Source: Octopus vulgaris (Eukaryota). Taken from it: 64,000 bases of DNA. The DNA lies in assembly GCA_951406725.2 (NCBI GenBank), contig OX597826.1, forward strand, positions 57,226,001 to 57,290,000, read 5' to 3'. Below the pieces are notes generated by a model. It was not told the DNA's origin. It ran no database searches and was given only the letters and a program-made list of their open reading frames with translations. Shown in pieces: positions 52,864 through 64,000 of the stretch (its first letter is position 1; each line of letters starts with the position of its first letter). The position numbers and the translations under genes are program-made.

Positions 52864-52902
52864 AACATATATATATATATACACACATAAATATATATAT
52901 AT

Positions 52903-52971
<69 letters not shown>

Positions 52972-53044
52972 TATATACATATGCGCACACATACATATAT
53001 ATTTGCACACACACATATACACATACATACATATATACACACAC

Positions 53045-53380
53045 ATCATCATCATCATCGTTTAGCATCCGCTTTCCATGCTAGCATGGGTTGGACGGTT
53101 CAACTGGGATCTGGGAAGCCAGAGTGTAGTGGGTGCTTTTTACATGCCACCGGCACAGGTGCCAGACGAGGCTGGCAAACGGCCACGATTGGATGGTGCT
53201 TTTTATGTGCCACCGGCACGGAGGCCTGGCGAGGCTGGTAACAGCCACGATTGGATGGTGCTTTTTACATGCTACTGGCACGGAAGTCAGTCGGGGCAGC
53301 GCTGGCAATGGCCACATTGTGATGGTTCTCTTATGTGCCACCGGCACTGGTATCACAGCTACAATTTCCATTGATAATGA
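53045..53380 (-). mobile_element. SINE family B with internal repeats
   Basis: (CAT)n tail; ~57-bp ggtgctttttacatgccaccggcac modules; 5' end matches 25545-25580. Confidence 0.88.
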
Positions 53381-54513
53381 TATATATTGTCCACAGCATG
53401 AAACATTGGGACATGCCAGCAGATGGTGTCTAAACCATTTAGTATATAGTCATGGTTAGCATTACAGCTTGCAGCAGGCCTTGTTTGGTATGCAGCACTG
53501 ATAAATCAAAGCAACGACGAAACATTGATGTCTGTCACTCCAAAAAATGACTTGATGTGAGCCGTCTCACCTGACTGTGATTTACTTCCAGGTGTGTTTT
53601 TACACCAGGTGCATAGAGAATATTTTCCTTTATGCCTACATATAGTTACAGGGATGCAACAATATATAGTTATGCCTACATGTAAGTTACAGGGATGTAA
53701 ACAAACAAACACCAGTTGTTAAGTAGTTGAACAGACAAACACAAATACAAAGACAGACATATATTGATGCAGAACCACATGCACTCAACAATTTGTGGAC
53801 CTCATTTATAGCCCAATGTCTTTATACATATCGTGTCTATGAATAGAACTTCTTCCAAGACTATTTCCACATTGAAATAACTTTGCATAGTGTTAAATAT
53901 ACTCGTGTTAAAATTATCTTTACACCCATCACCCTCTTCTAACATGTGAGTAGCCATGTAGCTCCTTCAAAGCAAGGAACCTGTTCTACTCTGGCCTCTT
54001 CTTTCATACCGTAACCCATCATTTTGTAAATAAAACTATCTCTCTTGTAGTTCAGTCTTGCAAGCTGCATGACAATCACACTAACACCAGTAACACAAGA
54101 AAGTAGAAGAAGCACACAATATATGCTGTGAAGTGGTTGGCATTATGAAAGGCATCCAGCCTTAGAAACCATGCCAAAGTAGACTGTGTGGCACAATGCA
54201 GTCCTTGAATTCACTGGTTTCTGTGCAAGAGTACAAGCTATGCCAACATGGAACATGGACACCAAATGATTATGATATAAATAATATGTATGCATCTGTG
54301 TGTATATATATATATATATATATATAGATAGATATATATATATATATATACACATACACACATACATATATATATATGTACATGAGTATATATATATATG
54401 TAAATGCACACATACATGCACACATGCATACATATGTATATACAAGCCAGCAGGGAAAACAGACGTTAAAGGAGCATGATGATGATGATGATGGTATACA
54501 CACACACATACAT

Positions 54514-54551
<38 letters not shown>

Positions 54552-55901
54552 ACACACACACACACACAGAACAGAAGAGTTGTGTAATTTTTCTCCCCTT
54601 TTTCCATTTCTATTTCTATTTCATTTTTATCTTTCAAGCACATCTTCATGTAATGACATCTTCTGTAAGATCTCGGCAGAAACAATGTGATAGCGCCATA
54701 TGTAATAACATTTAATGGAATGAGAATCTGTCATGGCTGCCAACACACTCAAACTCAGTCTTGGAGAATGGGGAGGAAGTGGACTACTAAAAACTATGCT
54801 GTATTGTTATGTTTGTGTTATAATTGTGTCTGAGAAAGAAAATCTTTGACGCACATGTAGCATTTATTGATTTCACTGCAATCTACTCGATTTAACTCTC
54901 TTTGGAGTTGTGGTACTGAGAAGCAGACACTAAGTTTTCAGTGTCAAAACAGACTAGTTTTACAGTGACAGAAAAATTCCATTGATTGTGCATAATATTT
55001 GTCTTCAATTAGTTTTTCAGTGTGGTTGAAATTTATCCAGTCCAGTAGCTCCAGCGAAGCCCAGCTATTAGAACAGGTTGAGCCAAGTCAACAAGAGAGC
55101 TTCTGTGTAGTCATGCTAGAAATAGCAGACAAATATCACTCCAATGATAACCCATTATCTTAAGAAAAGAAGACTGGTCAGTGCATTTCTTCTAATTATA
55201 AATTTAAAAAAGCGGGGGAGGGGGGATAGTCAAGGCTGGAACATTCTTAATAATAGATTTGCTCATCAGAAATTATTTTCAGGTAAACAATAATGACCAG
55301 ATTCATTATAAAAAACCAAGAGATGCTTTCCACCCACTAGAATGCAAACTGTATGAAGAACAAGTTGATTTTGTAACTGAATTAAAAGGTGAAGTAAAAT
55401 TGCCATAGAACCATTCTATATTCAGAATGCAAGGGACAATTTTAGACTCTATTAGACAGGTGTAAGAGGTTCTCCAAACTTGTGGGTTGATATATCTCTG
55501 ATTACATTCTACAGCAACCACAAAACTTCCATATTACCACCTTTTCAAAAGAGTAAATTATACTAAAGTTTAATGAGAAATCAAATGATAAATTAGGCAG
55601 AGTAGGAATACTTATGGCGCAGATAATTCGGATACCCAGAAATCATCCTTACATAATCGAAAGAAAGTTGGAACAAATATTCCAACATTTAGTGGATCAA
55701 CTGAACTATGTTATAGAATAAAAATAGTTGCATTTCATTTTAAGCACATTTCTATATCTTCGAAGAGGCAGAGCAGATATAGATTTCAGGTTGGCTAATC
55801 CTTACATATGTTCTACAAGCTTAGCTCTTTCAGTTTACCAATGGTCTAATCTTTCATTAATTGCCTATACACACACACATACACACACACACACAGACAC
55901 A

Positions 55902-55944
<43 letters not shown>

Positions 55945-58785
55945 GACCTCTTCACAGTTTCCTTCAACCAAAAAATCCACTTACAAGGTAGTGGTCAACT
56001 CAAGGTATTTAGGAAGATATTTGCCCAGGTTTTTCACACAATGCAATTAAACTGAGAACTAAGTGGTTGCAATGCAGACTTCTTTACCACATAGCCATGC
56101 CTGTGTCCATTTCATGCTTCAGATTACTATGCTTTTTCCATATTAAAGTTCACAAAAAGCGTAGATGTTCCATAAATTGTTGAAGCTTTCCTAGAATGCA
56201 TACAACTGAAGTGGGTTATAAAACAGAACTGAAAAAAGAATATATGTAATGTTAATGTATCCAATGTATCCAAACTTCCAAAATGCTTTCAAAGAAGAAT
56301 GGCTAGATGTGAGATAAATCTATGATTAGCCTTGGGATAGAACACTGGTTTATCCATCTTAAGTAACACTCCCAAATGATTTGGAAATGTTACTTAAAAT
56401 AGACTGGTGCACAATATACACTGTAGATATTTTATGTGTTTGGGGCAGCAAATGAAATTTTTACTGGGATATACATTGAATTATGGTTACTGCTATAAAT
56501 AAATGTTTGCATGAATTTGAACTGAAGACCTATGAGATGGTAGTATAACACCATATTTACTTTATTTTGCTTCTACAGAGTAGAAATATTGTTAAGTAGA
56601 ATTGCTACTCAAGAGCTTTGATATATAAAAAAAAACTGTAAAAAAAAAAATAATAATAAAATAAAACAGAAGGGTTAGAGGCTATACATGAGGAATAATT
56701 TAGCAAGCGAGTAAGGAGTTTTATTTTGGATTCAGATGAAGAATGCTGGTGACAATATTGGATAGAGAAGAAAAGTTCTCAAGTAGTGCATAAAATAGAA
56801 CTATACAGATTCATTAGAATATCCATATGATACGTTAGATTGAATGACATAAAGGATGAAATTTTAGTATTTCTTACCCTTTGGACAGCCCATATATCAT
56901 GAATACAAGAAGTGGCTTGATCCAAAACTATCTCAATACAGATATAAATTGAAGAAGGAGGACCTCTAAAATTAACTCAGGCTTTCTCTGCCTTAATACT
57001 CTGTCGAAACTAAATAGGAAATGGTTTATGAGAAAAGGAAATTAAAGGGACTAATGCTTGCATGCACATGCATGTGTGTGCGTGCATGTGTGTGAGCATC
57101 CAAATGCATGCCTACATATGCTAATACCAAATCGCCAGCTCCAGCCATGAAAAAAATCAATTGAATATGTGTAGCTTTCAATAGCAAAGTAGCCAAAGTA
57201 GGTTTCAATACAAGCGTTGATGATGTAGGAGAAGGAGTTAGGTTGAGAGAACTTCATGCTACAATCTGAAGAAATATATAAAAGTGTCTTATTTTGCTAA
57301 GAAATCTGGTTGAATGAAGAGAAAACTAAATAAATAAACTTTCATATCCACTGGAAATGTCTGTTAAAATTTGGTTCTGAAGGACCAATTTGAAAATGGA
57401 ATCACAGAAGAACATAACCAACATCACTACATATCCCATGGCCATTGGCAAGTGTTGGGATTGGTTTTGTCTAATGGAGCAAAATAATTACATCGCTAAT
57501 TTTCTACCCTAGGGTTACCAATCTTGAACAAGGAGCTATTTTCGCCATATGTACAATATCACACACACCTTTCATTCAGATATTAAGTTTTCTTTTTTTT
57601 TTCTTTTCTTTTATTTCACATTTTTTTTTTTTTTGCTTTTGTTTTAAATTACATTTCCCCAGACCATAAAGCAAGAATTTTTATGAAACGAAAGCTGTTA
57701 GGTAATGATGTTGAGATTAAAGAAGGGTATGGTGAAGAGATAATAAGATCCATGTTTCTCCTTTGGCACTACAGATGAACCAAACATTATCCACCTGGGT
57801 GCTTGTTGGTGATGTATTGTAAGTGGGGCAGTTTTTGAAGAACATTTGTCTCTTCTCGGTTATGCTAAGTGAAAGATTATGTTATTTACAGCTGTAACAA
57901 GGAAGCTCATCTGACAGTACTTTAAATATGTGTGCAAGGCCTGTGGCTATGATTACATGTATGTGTGTTTCCATTTTGGTGGAATATTCTCATATGTATT
58001 CCAGTGAATAATTCCATTCCTTCATAGATTTTTAGTCATTGCAATATTAAATAAATATTATACTCACAATATAACTAACTTCTCCTAATAATAACCACAT
58101 CTTTAATACAAGCAGTGCCTTCTAAGAAAAGTTTGAATGCTGAATGCTTTAAGCTTTTTGCGCATTATAACTTGATAAAACGAAAGAGAATATTAGAAAA
58201 CCATTCACATCATGTTGTAACTCACATATTAAGTCCTACACTAAAGACTTTCCTCAATCCTTCTTCCTTAGAACTGCTAACCACTGATATTTCCGGTATA
58301 GTCACATTATTTTTTATGACAGACATTAACTTACTGAAATTAAAACAGAATATCCACCAGATACATCACACCAGTCATGGAGATCCTGCAAAATTATGAA
58401 TACTAGTTCTTCTGTTATAATAAACCTATGGAAATAAATAAAAGTATTCAGAAGTTATGTAATATGACTTATAAGCCAAGCTATCCAAATGAATGACTTG
58501 TCTTCAGAAGATGCTTACATGAATTGATAAAATATACTATTTAATGGACAAGTTACTCGTACATCTAACAGGCTTTATACATTCCTTACACAGCTATAGT
58601 TTGAGACCTTGAACTCTTATCTATGATTTTATCAAAATGAAAAGGTGGAGTGCATATGATCTTCACAGGCTGTCGCAGAATGGTGAGACTCATATGAATG
58701 ATGTTCAACTAATGTCTTCAAGAACATTTCTATATGTAAATTGTTGGCACATGTGTGAGTGTGTGTATACATATATATATATAAT

Positions 58786-58950
58786 CATCATCGTCATCAT
58801 CATCGTTTAGCGTCTGCTTTCCATGCTAGCATGGGTTGGATGGTTCAACTGGGGTCTGGGAAGCCAGAAGGCTGCACCAGGCCCAGTCTGATCTGGCAAT
58901 GTTTCTACGGCTGGATGTCCTTCCTAACACCAATGATGCCCTTCCTAATG

Positions 58951-58953
<3 letters not shown>
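58786..58953 (-). mobile_element. SINE family B 3' part
   Basis: Conserved 3' end with a local duplication of gatg(t/c)ccttcctaa. Confidence 0.88.
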
Positions 58954-58995
<42 letters not shown>

Positions 58996-59129
58996 GTGTG
59001 TGTGTATCGTCCTTTCACATCTACTATTTTTCATGATGGTACGGGTCGAATGAAACTTATTTGTGTAGAATTCTACTACAGGATGCCTTACCTCATACCA
59101 ACCTTTACTTGTTTTCAAAAGTAGAACTT

Positions 59130-59442
59130 TATCAGTTACAATGAGGGTTCCATTTGATTTGATCAACAGAACAGCCTGCTCCTGAAATTAATGTGCAAGT
59201 GGTTAGGCACTCCAAAGACACATGTACTCTTAATGTAGTTCTGAGGGAGCTTCAGTGTGACACAGAATGTGACAAGATCGGCCCTTTGAATTACAGGTAC
59301 AACTCATTTTTTCCAGGTCAGTGGACTGGAACAATGTGAAATAAAGTGTCTTGCTCAAGGACACAACATGTCACCGTGAATTTAACCCACAACCTTATGG
59401 TCATGAGTCGAATACCCTAACCACTAAGTCACGTGACTTCAC
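59130..59442 (-). mobile_element. tRNA-derived SINE (family E)
   Basis: Minus-strand head gtgaagtcacgtgacttagtggttagggtattcgactcatgacc...gggttaaattc, then gtgtccttgagcaagacactttatttcacattgttccagtccac. A degenerate relative lies at about 11420-11590. Confidence 0.78.
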
Positions 59443-59774
59443 ACTTGGTTTCAAATGAAGTGCTTTTATTCCAAGGCTTAATGTCAAACCACCAAGTTTT
59501 TATCCTGTCCATGCAGAATATAAACTTCATTGGTGCTTAAGCGGTTACAGTGCATACACAAGCAAAATCAAATATACACACGTTTAATGGGATTCCATAC
59601 AGTTTTCATCTTTCAAATTTCACTCAAAAGTACTCGTTAACCCAAGAAGTTAATTGCTCAATGTGCCACACAATAGGATCGAACCTGAACGTGTGTGGTT
59701 GCAAAGCAAACTTCTTAACCATGCAGCTGTAACAGCTTTTATTGTGTGTATCTGTATGTCTGCGTTTATGTGTG

Positions 59775-59817
<43 letters not shown>

Positions 59818-60610
59818 CTGTGTGTGTGTGTGTGTGTGTATATATATGTGTATGTGTGTGTATATATATATATATGTGTATGTGTGTGTGTGTATATATA
59901 TACACACACACGTGTGTGTGTGATGTGATTTATCTGTATTAATATTAAAGATTTAAATGTTCCTTATATGCTTGTGGTAATAGTCTAAAAGAAATAATCA
60001 CACACACACACACACACAAATGCATGTGTACAAGTAATTGTAGATCGATTTACCAACATGTGTCTGTCCTATATGCATGCATGTATGTATGTGTGTATGT
60101 TTGTGTGTGAAACGTGTCTGTACAGTGTTTCATATTAATTAATATCAAGTCATTATATACTTGCGGTAAAGTGCATAAAGCAAATGCATATACACACATA
60201 TAATTATAGATCATGCAACCAATATAGACCAGTGTGTGAGCCTGTGTGTTTGCATGTGCATGCTTATATATTTCTCTCACTCATACTAAATTTAAAGTAC
60301 CAGGTACGCATTGAGAGAAGTGTAAACCAAAAGATTTCCCAAATCAATAGAACAAGTACAAAATGTAAAGACAGAGTCTCAGAATTAATATTGAGTATTG
60401 TCCTCTCAATGAATTTTGCAAACCACTAATCCAAGCCATTTGATTGAAACACTAACATAGTGTTCCTCCTTCCAGATCAACAACCAATTTTTCATGTTGA
60501 GAATTACCACAAATCCATTATTAGAAATAACAAAAACAAATAAATAAATAAATAATAGCGAAAATAGAATGCATACTATGGCAAGTATATTGACCAATTT
60601 CATATATGTG

Positions 60611-60664
<54 letters not shown>

Positions 60665-60994
60665 CATACATATATGTTTACTGTTTTGTTCTTACTGTTC
60701 TGTTTTTGTTACCACTTTAACCATCAGCAAATCCCAAATTTTATTTATGCTTTGTGGGAACGACTGTTTTAACAAAGTCGCTTCTTGTTCCAACATTTGA
60801 AACATGGAGTAGATAAAACAGGGGACAACTGATGAAGGGAGTCTTCTTTATGTTGCCTGTCTTGTTTCTCTATTTGTTTCTTTTGTTGTTCTCATTTTTC
60901 ATTTTGTTCATGTACTCATATTATACATATATATGTAGGTATGTACATATATGTATGTATATATGCATAAATATATATTATACACATATATATG

Positions 60995-61116
60995 GATACA
61001 TACACAGGCATACATATTTGAATGGTGGGGAACAGCTTTTCTTTTAGACATATATATAGATACATACACAGGCATACATATTTGAATGGTGGGGAACAGC
61101 TTTTCTTTTAGACATA
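60995..61116. repeat. 58-bp perfect direct duplication (period 64)
   Basis: gatacatacacaggcatacatatttgaatggtggggaacagcttttcttttagacata x2. Confidence 0.95.
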
Positions 61117-61213
61117 GTATATTATTTATCTTTGTTTTTATTTTATCAGCATATCAGATTCTTGTAGTCCATCCGGAATAATGAAGTTCCTAAAATCCAT
61201 TTTCCTCAGATAT

Positions 61214-61728
61214 GTGTGCATGAGAATCTTACCTTATCATGGCTAAATGTATGCAAATATTGTAAATATATACAGAGAGCTGAATGATTATGAAGTTTGC
61301 TTCCCAGCCACATGGTTACAGGTACTGTCTCAATGTGTGTAGCACCTTAGGCAAGAATCTGCTACTGGACCAACCAAAGCCTGAATTAGGTTGACAGAAA
61401 CTGAAAAATTTGTGTGCATGTGTGTGTGTGTGTATAAAAAAGCACTGTCCTTCATTTCAATAACTAGCAGTATCGCCCCGGCGTGTGCATGAGAATCTTA
61501 CCTTATCATGGCTAAATGTATGCAAATATTGTAAATATATACAGAGAGCTGAATGATTAAGAAGTTTGCTTCCCAGCCACATGGTTACAGGTACTGTCTC
61601 AATGTGTGTAGCACCTTAGGCAAGAATCTGCTACTGGACCAGCCAAAGCCTGAATTAGGTTGACAGAAACTGAAAAATTTGTGTGCATGTGTGTGTGTGT
61701 GTATAAAAAAAGCACTGTCCTTCATTTC
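61214..61728. repeat. ~245-bp tandem duplication with a Helitron 3'-end filler
   Basis: 61214-61458 is nearly identical to 61483-61728; the spacer is aataactagcagtatcgccccggc. Confidence 0.93.
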
Positions 61729-61915
61729 TAATTTCTGTCAAAAAATGCCTGGCTGAAAAGAAATAATACCTTATTTGTAAACAAGAGAGGGTTGGTGACA
61801 GGGAGGTTATCTGGCCTTAGAAAATCTGCCTCAATAAATACAATCTGGTCCTTGTACGTATGGAAAAGTAGATGTTGAAAATAATGATGATGATATATGA
61901 ATGTATGTGTGTACG

Positions 61916-62013
<98 letters not shown>

Positions 62014-62859
62014 AGAGAGACAACAGGGTAATGCCATTTGTTGGAGAGGTTGGTTGAGAAGGTGAAAGGGGAAGCAGAATATAGTTCTACAAACACATCA
62101 TATACACACTCACACGTTCATGAGAGAGAGAGTGAGAGAGAGAGAGAGAGTGTGTCTGTAATAGAACTGACCAAACCCATGACTGTGTAAACAACAGTGC
62201 AGGTCATTTATCACTCCAAGGAACAAAAAGCTGATATATATTTTTTTCTTTTATTAACTCATTTATAATGGTGTGTGCTAATTGTTTACTGAAGTTATTT
62301 AAAGGGTGTTAAATATTTAATTATACACAAAGAATTCCACATTAAGATAAAATTTTTTCCCTTTTATTTACTATTATTATTTTTACTTTTTGCACTTTTT
62401 TGAAAAATCCTCCCCTGTCTGAAGTTGATGTTAGTGTAACAAAGAAAATGCTCTTGCATAAACTGTAAGAATTCAAGAATGATATATGAAATCAGGTTAT
62501 AGATGAACGAAAATATCTATGATAAGATCTGTGTTCTTTATTGAAAAGAACTTATGGTCTGTTTTATAAGCAGATTTTCATACAAGATTGGTTTTTATTG
62601 ATAACAGAAAACCAATACTCAACTCAGATGCATCTATATAGTGCATTGGTATCTTCAACTGGAGCAGAGAGAGATGTTATCCAAAGCTGAGCATTCCCAA
62701 AATAGCAAAACACAAAACAAAATGTAAGAACCATTTATTTTATTTTATTTTCAAGTCATGTTTTGTTAATATATCAGAAAGTAATTCTCAAATTTTTAAG
62801 ACAGATCAAATAAGATTAGAAGCAATGTAAACTTAGGGTTGTACTAGTTCTGCAATAAG

Positions 62860-63293
<434 letters not shown>

Positions 63294-63872
63294 AATATAT
63301 CTGAGCATGTGACTGTGTGAGTGAGTGCATATGTGTATATGTGTGTGTGTGTGTGTGTAAAAATAATAAATATATGAAATGCATGTGATGAAAACCATTT
63401 TGTGATTTGTGCTTTTCTCATATTTGAAATGAATTTGTATTTCCTAATGGACAAATAATCTTACACAAACTCTAACTTTCGGATAAGAACTTTATCTTGT
63501 GATGACAACAATATTTTATAGAAAATATTAGGAACTTGGGATTTTAATAACTTCTAAAACAGAAGAGTTACTGAGATATAAAGATGCCAATAAGGTTACT
63601 GTATTCTTTTTTTTTTTTTTTTGCCTTTCTTTTGTACGTATCTGTATTTTTATATTTTTTTTAAAATCCTTCTTGTCATTTTGTCAAAATGTGGAAGGGA
63701 CTTGCAGAAACCTTAGAGCAAAAATCATATCATATATCATTTCACTTTAAAAGGTAAAACAGTAGAGATAAAGGCAAATGTAGTAAGAGAATATAATATC
63801 CAATATTATGGCAGTGAAGAGCAAGGGGAGGGAGGGAGAGAGAGAGAGTGTAGAACTGGTGATATGACATGT

Positions 63873-63910
<38 letters not shown>

Positions 63911-64000
63911 ACACTTAGATGCACACACTCAAACAAAATTTCACAAATTACACAGCAAAATTTGACAATTTTTTAATATTTTGGTTTATTAATTAACTGA

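Overview
AT-rich, microsatellite-saturated eukaryotic DNA. The SINE families and the (TA)n/(CA)n density point to an octopus (coleoid cephalopod) genome; this is recognition from memory, not a database result. No intact protein-coding gene can be supported, and almost every ORF in the track is a microsatellite or SINE read-through. The window looks intronic or intergenic. It contains at least five SINE families, an RTE LINE 3' end, two mariner relics and a Tc1 transposase relic, a mariner MITE, five TTAA (piggyBac-type) MITEs, a complete non-autonomous Helitron, Penelope-like ends with hammerhead-ribozyme cores and a ~37-bp minisatellite. The most interesting signals are: (i) a recursive-splice-site/RS-exon architecture on the minus strand at 30975-31105; (ii) a core-intact type I hammerhead with an unusually long stem II at 32059-32173; (iii) two mutually similar exon-like cassettes at 14909-15040 and 20726-20880; (iv) near-perfect fold-back structures that would be ADAR substrates; and (v) a tandem duplication joined by a Helitron 3' terminus. 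All of these are hypotheses from sequence alone.
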